Assembly (NCBI GenBank): GCA_965223905.1 | Contig: CBDCXV010000011.1 | Coordinates: forward strand, 1,376,001 to 1,440,000 | Direction: 5' to 3' | Source of the DNA: Candidatus Latescibacterota bacterium | Lineage (GTDB): Bacteria > Latescibacterota > UBA2968 > UBA8231 | DNA length: 64,000 nt | In this document: in pieces, positions 18,448-27,920 of the stretch | Layout of the letters: each line of letters starts with the position of its first letter | Position numbering within the stretch: position 1 is the stretch's first letter | Notes under the pieces: model-generated | What the model was told of the DNA's origin: nothing | What the model saw: the letters and a program-made list of their open reading frames with translations, nothing else | Databases searched by the model: none | Translations under genes and position numbers: made by a program

Positions 18448-19794
18448 TCACCTTCCAGCGGCCGCCCCGCCGGCGCCGCGACCGGCGGCCGGAGCCTGGA
18501 GCGTGCCCTTGACGACATGCAGCGATTCCTCGGCCGCCTGAAGCGTGCGGTCGACGTCGCCGGCGCTGTGCGCCAGCGACAGGTAGAGCTTGCCCCCGGG
18601 GGTGACCAGGACGCCGCGGCGGATCATCTCCACGCCGAAGCGGCGGGCGGCCCCGGCGTCGGCTCTCAGCCCGTCGATGTGGTTGCGGACCGGCGCCTCG
18701 GTGAACACCGGCTGCAGCACCGGACCGTCGCCGATCACCTGAAAGGGGAGCTCCAGGCGCCGGCCGGCCTCCTCCAGGCCCTGCCGCAGGCGGTCGGAGA
18801 TCGCGAAAAGCCGCGGATAGACCCCCTCCTTCTCCAGCTCGTCCAGGGTCGCCAGGCCCGCGGCGCAGCCCACGGGATTGCCGTTCATGGTGCCGCTGGC
18901 GAAGACGTACCCGCTCTCCCCCTTGCGCCGGGGGTCGGCCAGGGCCATGACCTCCTCGCGGCCGCAGACCGCGGCGAGCGGATAGCCGCCGCTGATCGTC
19001 TTGCCGTACACGGCCAGGTCCGGGACCACGCCGTAGCGCTCCTGGGCGCCGCCCCAGGCGAGGCGGAAACCGGTGACGATCTCGTCGAAGATCAGCAGCA
19101 CGCCGTGGGACCGGGTCACCTCCCTCAACCTCTCCAGGAAGCCCGGCTCCGGGGGAATGGCCCGTTGCAGGGGCTCGACGATTACGGCGGCCAGCTCCCT
19201 TGCGTGCCCGGCCACAGTGAGGGCCGCGGCCTCTGGATCGTTGAAGGGGGAAACGAGAACGGTCCTCGATGCGGCCCCCGGGATCCCCGAGGAGTCGGGT
19301 ACGGGAGTCGGGTACTCCGCCGGGACGGAGGGGGCGGCGCTCTGCAGGGCGTAGTCGTGGGCCCCGTGCCATCCCCCCTCGAACTTGAGGACCTTCTCCC
19401 GGCCGGTGAAAGCCCGGGCCAGGCGCAGGGCGGTGAAGGTTCCCTCGGTTCCCGAGCTGCCGTAGCGCAGCAGTCCGCCGCAGGGAACGGCCTCGGTGAT
19501 GCGCCGCGCCAGGCGCAGGGCGGGCTCGTTGAGGCCGTAGAAGGTCGAACCCAGCCCCGCCTGCTCGCGCACCGCGGCGACCACCGCGGGGTGGGCGTGT
19601 CCCAGGATCAGCGGCCCCGAGCCGAGGACGTAGTCGATGTACTCCTTCCCGGCCACGTCCCAGATGCGGCTGCCCTCGCCCCGGTGGAACACCGCGGCGA
19701 CCTCGTCGGGGAGCCGGAACATCCCGAAGCAACCCCCCACCAGGACGCGCTCGGACAGCTCGATCAGACTCTGCTGCAGGCCGGCTCGCTCCAT
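18448..19794 (-). CDS. Class III PLP aminotransferase (glutamate-1-semialdehyde aminomutase-like)
   Basis: GPLILGHAHP, SSGTE, FEGGWHG, LIFDEIVTGFR, YGKTISGG. Confidence 0.9.
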   Translation of the reverse strand: MERAGLQQSLIELSERVLVGGCFGMFRLPDEVAAVFHRGEGSRIWDVAGKEYIDYVLGSGPLILGHAHPAVVAAVREQAGLGSTFYGLNEPALRLARRITEAVPCGGLLRYGSSGTEGTFTALRLARAFTGREKVLKFEGGWHGAHDYALQSAAPSVPAEYPTPVPDSSGIPGAASRTVLVSPFNDPEAAALTVAGHARELAAVIVEPLQRAIPPEPGFLERLREVTRSHGVLLIFDEIVTGFRLAWGGAQERYGVVPDLAVYGKTISGGYPLAAVCGREEVMALADPRRKGESGYVFASGTMNGNPVGCAAGLATLDELEKEGVYPRLFAISDRLRQGLEEAGRRLELPFQVIGDGPVLQPVFTEAPVRNHIDGLRADAGAARRFGVEMIRRGVLVTPGGKLYLSLAHSAGDVDRTLQAAEESLHVVKGTLQAPAAGRGAGGAAAGR

Positions 19795-19821
19795 CTGTTC
19801 ATCCCCTCCCGCGGCGGGCAG

Positions 19822-19980
19822 GCGCGACCGTTGCCCTCATCGTCTACAACCGCTCCCGGTTCATCTCGGTGCGATGAACATCCGCGAGCTCGAGGCCAAC
19901 CCCCGAGACTCAAGGAGTCCTTCTACCGGTCCCTGTCAGAGAAGGAGTATTCTGCTGCGCCGGCTAAAGCGGCAGCCGGC
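19822..19980 (+). repeat. Decayed copy of the 3' end of the PhyH gene 16647-17417
   Basis: Aligns by eye with 17243-17412 (CATCGT.TACAACCGCTCC, GAGTCCTTCTACCGGTC.CTGTC.GAGAAGGAG, CTGCTGCGCCGGCT) with several indels. Confidence 0.8.
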
Positions 19981-20018
19981 GCAGTTTCACCTGAGGATCG
20001 ATCCCTCCCCCACCCGCC

Positions 20019-21380
20019 TTACGGAGCAAACTGGTAGACAATCGGCAGCTGCGCCGGATCGGTGATCTCCGGGTCCGTGTGGTGGTAGATGTTCACGGCC
20101 CCGGTGCCGCAGTCGCCGAAGTCGTCGCAGGAGAGCGTTCCGAGGAGGCCCTCGAAGCCCTCCGTCGCCCCGATCGCCTCGCGCAGGGCGGCGCGGTCGA
20201 CGTACAGCTTGCCGTCCACGACCTCACCGACGGACTCGATGGCGCTGAAAAGCAGAGTCCCGGCGTCGTAGGAATGCACCCAGTAGGGGGTACTCGGAGA
20301 CTCGCCGTACGCAGCCGAAAACGCCTCGAGCACGTCGTCGACGCTCTTGCCGGTGGCCTCGTTGACGTTCGAGCCCACCGCCGGCTCCGGACCGGCAAAG
20401 TAGATCCCTTCCGACTGCGGCATGGCGAGGAACTCCGTCAGCAGGAGGGCCGAGCTGGTGAGGAGCGTCGCGTCCTCCAGCCCCTCGGTCTCCTGCGCCT
20501 GCTCGGCGAAGGGAGCGCCTTCTACGCTGAAGAGCGGGAAGTAGATCCCGTCCGGCTCGGCCGCGGCGAACTTCTCCAGGATGTCCGGAATGTCCATGAT
20601 CCCTTCCTCGCCTTTCTCTATCCTGGCAGCGACCGGAACCTCCCCGCCGAGAGCGCGGAACGCATTTCCGAAGGCGACGGTGAGGCCCATGGTGTAGGGA
20701 TCGCCGTCGTCCATGGTCACCACTTTTCGCAGACCGAGCTCATTGTAGGCGAAATCCGCTACCGCGTTCGCCTCGTAGAGGTCGTTGTTTGCGGTGCGGA
20801 AATAACCAGCGTGGTAGTTGGGACTCGCGTTTCCGGCGAGATCCGAGGTGAGCGCGGGGGAGGTGTTGGACGGGGAGATCATCACCAGCCCCGCCTCGCT
20901 GAACAGCGGCGAGGCCTCTACGGCCGCGCCCGAGCAGGTGGTGCCGATGACGCCGACTACCTGCCCTTCGGCGATGACCGTCTCGGCGGCCATGCGTCCG
21001 CCTTCTCCAGTGCACATGGCGTCCAGCGATTCGCCGAGGTCGACCTCGCGGCCGTGGATGTCGCCGTAGTCCTCGGCAGCCAGCTCGAGACTGTAGCGCA
21101 ACGGCACGGCAAGCCCGGGCTCGTTGGTGTGCGAGAACAGCGAACGGATCTGGATGGCTTCGCCGGCGCCGATCTCGACCGCGCCGAGGGGTCCGGCCTC
21201 GAAGGCTGGCGCTTCGGTCCGCGACTCGGCCAGACCGGCGACAGGTGCGCTCAGGGTCAGGCTGCTGCTTATGCGCTTGCCGGACGGCTCGCCCGGTGAG
21301 TTGGAGGAAACGGGATCCCGATCCGAGCAGGCGCCCAGGACCAGGAGTCCGGTGAGCAGGAAAGAAAGTGGGATTTTCAT
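20019..21380 (-). CDS. Branched-chain amino acid ABC transporter substrate-binding lipoprotein (LivJ/K-like)
   Basis: Start MKIPLSF after AGGAGG; lipobox LGAC; VIGTTCSG, ISPSNTSPALT, YFRTANND, YDA. Confidence 0.88.
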   Translation of the reverse strand: MKIPLSFLLTGLLVLGACSDRDPVSSNSPGEPSGKRISSSLTLSAPVAGLAESRTEAPAFEAGPLGAVEIGAGEAIQIRSLFSHTNEPGLAVPLRYSLELAAEDYGDIHGREVDLGESLDAMCTGEGGRMAAETVIAEGQVVGVIGTTCSGAAVEASPLFSEAGLVMISPSNTSPALTSDLAGNASPNYHAGYFRTANNDLYEANAVADFAYNELGLRKVVTMDDGDPYTMGLTVAFGNAFRALGGEVPVAARIEKGEEGIMDIPDILEKFAAAEPDGIYFPLFSVEGAPFAEQAQETEGLEDATLLTSSALLLTEFLAMPQSEGIYFAGPEPAVGSNVNEATGKSVDDVLEAFSAAYGESPSTPYWVHSYDAGTLLFSAIESVGEVVDGKLYVDRAALREAIGATEGFEGLLGTLSCDDFGDCGTGAVNIYHHTDPEITDPAQLPIVYQFAP

Positions 21381-21502
21381 GGGGTCCTCCTTTGTGAGGA
21401 ATTGGGGTGACTGCCTCGGTAATAGCACGGCAGGCCTGGAATTTTCTTCGATTTTTTTGTCCGCTGCTGTATGAGCTCGTCTGAAGTCCCCCTCTCGACC
21501 CC

Positions 21503-22855
21503 TCAAGGCGCGAACTGGTAGACCACCGACAACTGCCCCGGGTCCGTGATCTCCGGGTCCGTGTGGTGGTAAATATTCACGCCCCCGGTGCCGCAGTCGC
21601 CGAAATCGTCGCAGGAGAGCACGCCGATGAAGCCCTGAAAGCCGGACGTCGCCGCGACACCCTCGCGCAGCGCCGCACGGTCGATGTACAACTTGCCGCC
21701 CTCGGCCAACGCAACGGATTGGATGGCACTGAGCAGCACGGTCGTGGCGTCGTAGGCGTGGGCCCAGAACGGAGAGGTAGGAGTCCCGCCATAGGTAGAT
21801 TCGATCGCGTCGAGAACCGCGTCGGCGTTCTTGTTGGTCGCGGCATTGACGTTCGAGCTGTGGACGGGCTCCGGCCCTGCAAAGTAGATGCCCTCGGACT
21901 GCGGTGTGCCGAGGAATTCCGACAGGAGGAGAGCCGCGTCCGTGATCAGCGTCGCATCTTTCAGGCCGTCGACCTCCCTCACCTGCTCGGCAAATGGCGA
22001 GCCTTCCGCAATGAAGAGCGGGAAGAAGATGCCGTCCGGCTCGGCTTCGGCGAATTCCTCCAGGATGTCCGCCATGTCCGTGGTCCCCTTCTCGATCCTG
22101 GCGGTGACGGCGACCTCGCCGCCGAGCTCGCGGAACACCTTGCCGAAGGCGACGGTCAGGCCCATGGTGTACGGGTCGCCGTCGTCTATGGACACCATGC
22201 GCCGCAGACCCAGTTCACTGTATGCAAAGTCGGCCACCGCTTGCCCCTGATAGAGGTCGTTGTTGGCCGTGCGGAAATAGCCGGGATGGTAGTCGGGACT
22301 CGCGTTGCCGGCGAGGTCGGACGTGAGCGCAGGCGAGGTGTTGGCCGGCGAAATCACTACCAGCCCCGCTTCGCTGAGCAGCGGCGAGGCCGCCACTGCG
22401 GAGCCCGAGCACAAGGTGCCGATGACGCCGACTACCTGGGAGTCGGCGATGATCTGCTCGGCACTTGCGCGTCCGCCTTCCGCCGAACACCCGCCGTCTA
22501 TCGGTTCCCCGAGCTCGACCTCGCGACCGTGGATGCTGCCGAAGTCCCGGACAGCCAACTCGATGCTGTACCGCGACCACTCGGCAACCGACGGCACGAC
22601 GACGTGCGCGAGCACCGAACGGACCTGTATGGCCTCGCCGGCGCCGATCTCGACCGCGCCGAGGGGTCCAGGCTCGAAGCCGGGCGCTTCGGTTCGCGAC
22701 TCGGCCAACCCGGCGACCGGGGCGCTCAGGGTCAGGCTGCTGCTGGTGCGCTTGCCGGACGGCTCGCCCGGGGAGTTGGAGGAAACGGGATCCCGGTCCG
22801 AGCAGGCGCCCAGAACCAGGAGGCCGGTGAGCAGGAAAGAAAGGGCGAATTTCAT
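21503..22855 (-). CDS. Branched-chain amino acid ABC transporter substrate-binding lipoprotein, tandem paralog
   Basis: Start MKFALSF; same motifs; near-identical N- and C-termini to 20019-21380. Confidence 0.88.
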   Translation of the reverse strand: MKFALSFLLTGLLVLGACSDRDPVSSNSPGEPSGKRTSSSLTLSAPVAGLAESRTEAPGFEPGPLGAVEIGAGEAIQVRSVLAHVVVPSVAEWSRYSIELAVRDFGSIHGREVELGEPIDGGCSAEGGRASAEQIIADSQVVGVIGTLCSGSAVAASPLLSEAGLVVISPANTSPALTSDLAGNASPDYHPGYFRTANNDLYQGQAVADFAYSELGLRRMVSIDDGDPYTMGLTVAFGKVFRELGGEVAVTARIEKGTTDMADILEEFAEAEPDGIFFPLFIAEGSPFAEQVREVDGLKDATLITDAALLLSEFLGTPQSEGIYFAGPEPVHSSNVNAATNKNADAVLDAIESTYGGTPTSPFWAHAYDATTVLLSAIQSVALAEGGKLYIDRAALREGVAATSGFQGFIGVLSCDDFGDCGTGGVNIYHHTDPEITDPGQLSVVYQFAP

Positions 22856-22996
22856 GGGGCCCTCCTTTGGGGATAGGGTTGATGCCTCGGTTGATACACC
22901 GTAGGCCAACGGCGAAAACCGGGAGGCAAGGGATAAATAAAGACTTGAAATGCGGACGGCTTTCCAGGCTCGGAAGGTACTCTCGGCATACGTCAA

Positions 22997-23785
22997 TCAG
23001 TCCTCCGCCGAGACTATCTCTTCGAGATCGATTCGCTTACCCCGGCGTACCCCGGTAACAATCACCACATCGTCCCAGAGCGGGCGAACGATGTCGGTCA
23101 TCAATCCTTCAGGAACCAGGATTTCATGAACGGACCCATCCTCGATTACACCCGATCTTTCATTGTCTTCCCAAAAATCGAACTGCTCCTTCGGCCTGCC
23201 GAGTTTAAGCGTAACGGCGTAGCTGGCTGCACGCGGCACGGACAAAAAAATCCCAAAGTCCTCCTTCAGTCTTTTCTTGGGACTTCCGTGTTCTCGATAT
23301 GGACGTCCAAGCATGCGTTCGGCGGTACGAAGAACTAGCGTCTCGAAATCCTTAACCCGGCCTACAAATTCATCGCTGCTTGCCACACCGAAACCAACCG
23401 CTTCACCAGCGATCGACATCTGAACATCGGTTGCTTCCAGTGTCAGACCACGAAGGTCGAGATGCCTGCGGAAGTGAACCTGTTCCAGAAGATCGCGAAT
23501 CTCCTCCGCTATCTCCTCCGGGGGATCGCCTGCCAGCCCCATGGCAAGAAGCTGCTCTGCAGCCCGTAGTTCCTCGCAGTCCAGGGCGAGGGAGCCGGCG
23601 CTTCGAAAGAGAACCGACCGATCCGGCTCCAGGTTCTCATCCGTGGCGAATGCTGCCGCGCGTTCGAGTTCCATGGCCTTGCGGAATGCCTCCCGAGCAC
23701 TTGGCTGGTCTCCACTCCGGAGCCGAAATTGACCTTCCTCGGCCCATTCCATGGCCTCACGGTGAATCTTCGGAACGTTGCTCAT
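22997..23785 (-). CDS. Hypothetical protein with TPR-like helical N-terminus (possibly internally deleted)
   Basis: 262 aa; HREAMEWAE...EPDRSVLFRSAGSLALDC...PPEEIAEEIRDLLEQ; lower GC than flanks. Confidence 0.6.
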   Translation of the reverse strand: MSNVPKIHREAMEWAEEGQFRLRSGDQPSAREAFRKAMELERAAAFATDENLEPDRSVLFRSAGSLALDCEELRAAEQLLAMGLAGDPPEEIAEEIRDLLEQVHFRRHLDLRGLTLEATDVQMSIAGEAVGFGVASSDEFVGRVKDFETLVLRTAERMLGRPYREHGSPKKRLKEDFGIFLSVPRAASYAVTLKLGRPKEQFDFWEDNERSGVIEDGSVHEILVPEGLMTDIVRPLWDDVVIVTGVRRGKRIDLEEIVSAED

Positions 23786-23925
23786 CGGTCAACCATCCTC
23801 GCCAACGGCTTGCTGAATTCAACTACGACCACGATACCAGGAAGTCCTCCAGATACGGAAATCTGTCTGATTTTTTCTTGGACCCGAGCCGCGACTGTGC
23901 GAAGGTTTCCCCGGCGAATTCCCGA
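23782..23925 (-). pseudogene. 5'-truncated remnant of the partner gene of 22997-23785
   Basis: Start-less frame SGIRRGNLRTVAARVQEKIRQISVSGGLPGIVVVVEFSKPLARMVDR* begins right after the nfeD stop and ends in an ATGA overlap. Confidence 0.55.
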
Positions 23926-24435
23926 TTAGTTCGTATCGACGATGGCGACGCCGTCGCTCACCTCGATAACCAGCACGCGGTCCCCGGGATTCAGAGGGGC
24001 CTCGCCCTCGGCCCGGCGCGCCAGGAGCTCGATGGTGCGGCCCTGGAGGGTTGCGGAAATTTTCCCGGTGCCGCCCATGGCAATGGGGACGGTGACTTCG
24101 GCTTCGAGGCCGACCAGGTCGTCCCCTTCCAGGGAACTGTCCGCGGTGGAGGTGCTCAGCCGGCTGAGAACCCAGTCTCCCAGGAAGGCGCAGACTATTC
24201 CTGTGCCCAGCGCCGTGAACAACGCCGCACCCGGCCCCATCAGCTGTCTTCCGAGCATTCCGGCCAGCCCGAAGAAGAAGGCGAAGAACAACAGCGTCCG
24301 CAGCCGCAGGAAGGCCAGCGCCCTCAGCCCGTCCCCCAGGCCATCGCCGTCTCCCCCGAAAAGCGAGGCACCGACGGCGATGCCGCCGACGATCAGCCCG
24401 CTCAGGTACAGGTAGAAGAGATCCACGCTACCCAT
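23926..24435 (-). CDS. NfeD-like membrane protein
   Basis: Three hydrophobic segments plus OB-fold C-terminus LVGLEAEVTVPI...GDRVLVIEV; coupled to flotillin. Confidence 0.85.
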   Translation of the reverse strand: MGSVDLFYLYLSGLIVGGIAVGASLFGGDGDGLGDGLRALAFLRLRTLLFFAFFFGLAGMLGRQLMGPGAALFTALGTGIVCAFLGDWVLSRLSTSTADSSLEGDDLVGLEAEVTVPIAMGGTGKISATLQGRTIELLARRAEGEAPLNPGDRVLVIEVSDGVAIVDTN

Positions 24436-25708
24436 CCTGGGCCGCGGGCTGGCGGTCCGCCTTCTCGGCGATGACCGAAGCGAGGTCGACGCCGGTGGTG
24501 GCCTTGATGCTCTCGAACAGCGCCGGCGCCAGCGCACCGATCTGGTGGACGACCGCGGGCAGACCGCTCTGGCTGCCGTTTCCGGAATCGACGACGGCGA
24601 GGTGGTCGATCTTGATGTCCTTGGCCATGGAGGTGATCTGCTCGACCAGGCCCGGAAGCATCTGGATCAGCAGCAGCTCCTTGCCGTTGGAGCCGGCAAC
24701 GGTCCAGATATGGTTTTTCTGCTTGAGCACCTCGATCTCCGCGAGGCCGTTTTCGAGGATGTTGGCCGCGGCTCCCTTGGCTCGCAGCTCCGCGGAGTCG
24801 CGGTCGGCGCGTGCCGGCTCGATGACCTCGATTTCGAGCTGGCGCTTCTGCAAGGCCAGCCGCTCCTGCTCGACCTCCTGCTCGGCCTGGACCTCGGCCT
24901 TGCGGGCGATTTGCGCAGCGCGCTTCTCCGCGGCCAGGCCCTCCCCTTCCAGCTCGGCCTTGCGGACGCGGAGCAGGTTTTGCGCATCGACGATCTGGAC
25001 CTGGGCCTCGGCGTCGGCGACCTCGCCGCGGCGGCGGGCACCGGCGGACTTCTCCTGCGATTCGGCGCGGTTCTCCGCCTCGGCGATCTCGGCTTCCTTG
25101 AGGACGGCGGCCGTGCTCTTGCGGCCGATGGCGTCGAGATAGCCGACCTCGTCGGAGACGTTCTGGATCTTCAGCGTGTCGAGGACGAGGCCGAGCTTGT
25201 GCAAATCGACGTCGGCCTCGCCGATCAGCGATTCGGCGAATTTGAGGCGGTCCTCATTGACTTCCTCGGGGGTCAGGGTGGCGAGGACGCCGCGCAGGTT
25301 GCCCTCGAGGGTGTCCTTGGCAATCTCCTGGACCTCGACGAGCTGTTTGCCGAGGAAGCGCTCCAGCGCGTTGCCGAGGAGGGGCTCGTCGCCGGCGATC
25401 TTGATGTTGGCGATCCCCTGGACCGACAGCGGGATGCCCCCCTTGGAGTAGGCGTTGGTGATCGAGACTTCGAGCGGAATCGTGCGCAGGTCGAGGCGGT
25501 CGACCTTTTCGAGAAGCGGGATGCGGAAGGCGCGGCCTCCCTTGATAACGCGGTAGCCGACATCGCGGCCGTCGGAGGTTCTGCGCTTGCGGCCCGAGAA
25601 GATGATGACCTGGCTGGGTTGGCAGATGAAGAGATTCGTCGAGATGATGACGATCAGCACGACGAGCAGCGCGGCAAAAACCAGGGCGAAGGTCAGGAGC
25701 ATTCCCAT
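24428..25708 (-). CDS. Flotillin/SPFH domain protein
   Basis: N-terminal TM, TLEGNLRGVLATLTPEEVNEDR, LKIQNVSDEVGYLDAIG, AE-rich coiled coil. Confidence 0.92.
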   Translation of the reverse strand: MGMLLTFALVFAALLVVLIVIISTNLFICQPSQVIIFSGRKRRTSDGRDVGYRVIKGGRAFRIPLLEKVDRLDLRTIPLEVSITNAYSKGGIPLSVQGIANIKIAGDEPLLGNALERFLGKQLVEVQEIAKDTLEGNLRGVLATLTPEEVNEDRLKFAESLIGEADVDLHKLGLVLDTLKIQNVSDEVGYLDAIGRKSTAAVLKEAEIAEAENRAESQEKSAGARRRGEVADAEAQVQIVDAQNLLRVRKAELEGEGLAAEKRAAQIARKAEVQAEQEVEQERLALQKRQLEIEVIEPARADRDSAELRAKGAAANILENGLAEIEVLKQKNHIWTVAGSNGKELLLIQMLPGLVEQITSMAKDIKIDHLAVVDSGNGSQSGLPAVVHQIGALAPALFESIKATTGVDLASVIAEKADRQPAAQDG

Positions 25709-25844
25709 CTCGTACCTCCTTTGGGTTTGGGGACGAATGGGCAGACAATGGACCGTTAATTTACCGATGTCCTGTCGCGCTTCCGAGAACTAATTTGCCG
25801 TGCCCACGAACGCTACACTGACGTCTCAGCAAACGCGTTGAACC

Positions 25845-27606
25845 ATGCAACACCTGGCAGCATTGACCGTGCGGGAAGAGGCCGGCCTCGAGCGCCGCGC
25901 CTGGCCGCTGACCCGGGGAGTTCCCCTGCCGCAGGGAGCGGTGACCGAGCCCGGGGCCCTGCGGTTGCCGCCGCTTCCGCCTGGAGCGGCCGCGCCGCGG
26001 GGGAACGGAGATCCTCGACGAAGGGGAGCGGGCTGCCGGCTGGGCCGTGCTCGAGGGGGAGGAAGCCGGCCTCGGAGTGGCCCTGCGCCATATCGCCGAA
26101 GAGTATCCCAAGGCCCTCGGCCTGGACCCGGGGGGCATCGACCTGTTCCTGTGGAAGGACCCCGACGGCGGGCGGCTCGACTTCCGGCGGTACGCCGAGG
26201 AGGTGGCCTGGCACGAGGGGGAAGGGGTGTACAGCGACGGCCTGGGCACGGCCAAGACCTCGGAGTTCTTCCTCGACTACTTCCGCAGCGAGGACAGCGA
26301 ACAGGCACCCTCGAGGCTGGCGGCGCTGCTCGACTGGCCCCAGGCCGCGGTCGATTCCGAATGGATGGCGCGCTGCCAGGTCGCCGGCGGTTTCGCCCCT
26401 CGCGACCCGGCCTCCTTTCCACGCTCCGAGCGCATGCTCGACGCCTTCCTCGAGTGGATGGCGCGCAGCATCGAGGCCAACCGCTGGTACGGCTTCTTCG
26501 ACTGGGGAGACGTGCTGGTCGCCTGGGAGGAGTCGACCGGGGCCTGGCGTTTCCGCGGCCGCTGGGGCTGGTGCAACAGCGAGTGGGACCCGCGCCACGC
26601 CGTATGGATCCAGTACGCCCGCAGCGGGGAGGCCCGCTGGTTCCGCCTCGGCGAGGCGATGACGCGGCACTCCCTGGACGTCGACACCTGCCACTACCAC
26701 CCCTTGAGGCCCTACATGATCGGCGGTTGCTTCCGCCACAGCCTCGACCACTTCGGCGACGAGCCCTGCGCCTCGCACACCTTCATCGACAACTGGATCG
26801 ACTACTACCACCTGACCGGCGACCTGCGCACCCTGGAGGTGCTCCGCGAAGCCGGAGAGTTCTTCCTGCGCTACCGCTGGAGCGAGGACCCCCGCTTCTC
26901 CTTCAGTCTGCGCAGCATCGCCAACACCCTGCGCGGCCTGCTCTACCTGTGGGAGCTGACCGGCGAGGAGCGCTACAGGCAGCGCGCGGGCGAGGTCTTC
27001 GCGGTCGTCGCCCGCGGCCAGAACGAGGACGGCAGCTGGCACAAGCGCTTCCAGGTCTCCACCCCGGACAGGCTGCCCCGGCAGCTGCCCTGCGGCATGG
27101 CCACCGAAGGCACGACCCTGGCCGTGGAGATGGGCACCGCCGAGCCCTTCACCGGGGAGGAGCTGGCCGGCCTTTGGGGTCCCTCCGCCCGCGGCAGGAA
27201 GGTGCTGCCCCTCTCCGAGCTGAAGGGGTACCAGACCCACTACCTGATGATCGGGCTGGAGCTGATGCACCGCCTGACCGGGAGGGCCGACGTGGCCGAG
27301 TGCTACCGGCGGGCGGTGGACTGGTTCTGCGGCGGGCCGGGAGCGTTCGACGTTGAGTTCGCCTGGAAGCAGCAGTACGGCGGCATCCTGTGCCGCCACC
27401 TGGGATATGCCTGCAGAATGACGGGGGAGCGAAGCTACCTGGAGGTGGGCAGGCAGCTCCTGGTCCGCCTGGCGGAGTCGCAGGACTGGAGCGACGATCC
27501 CAGGAAGCGCGGCGCCGTGGGCCTGAGCCCGATGTACCTGAGCCTGCTGTTTTACGGGGTGCCTTACCTGCTGGGGGTGCTGCGGGAGGCGGGGCTGGAG
27601 GAGTGA
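25845..27606 (+). pseudogene. PcRGLX/exo-rhamnogalacturonan-lyase-like (alpha/alpha) protein with internal deletion/frameshift
   Basis: N-terminus LTVREEAGLERRAWPLTRGVPLPQGAV in one frame; body (WYGFFDWGD, WCNSEWD, MTRHSLDVD) in another frame from ~26047. Confidence 0.6.
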
Positions 27607-27863
27607 AACCGGCTCAGGCGAAAGTAAGACCAGCCCGGGCAGGAACCTTACGACAACGCGCTCCCCAAGGCCTTTTCAGTCGCCCAGGGTGCGGACGATT
27701 CGCCCCTGCGGGTCAACCACGTGAATCGGTTCCTGCCTGAGTCCGGCGCCGCACGACAGCGCTGGCACCGCTCGCGGGGACGGTGCCAGACGCCCCATTA
27801 GGGGGTCGTCCCTGAGACCAAAGCCACCGCCCCCAATCCAGTCGGTGCGTAACACCAGGTTGT

Positions 27864-27912
27864 AAAATGCCCCCTTTCTCGTACATTGCACGTACGAGAA
27901 AGGGGGCATTTT
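27864..27912. repeat. Perfect 21-bp inverted repeat upstream of the AAA-DUF4143 gene
   Basis: AAAATGCCCCCTTTCTCGTAC-attgcac-GTACGAGAAAGGGGGCATTTT. Confidence 0.9.
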
Positions 27913-27920
27913 TATTCATT

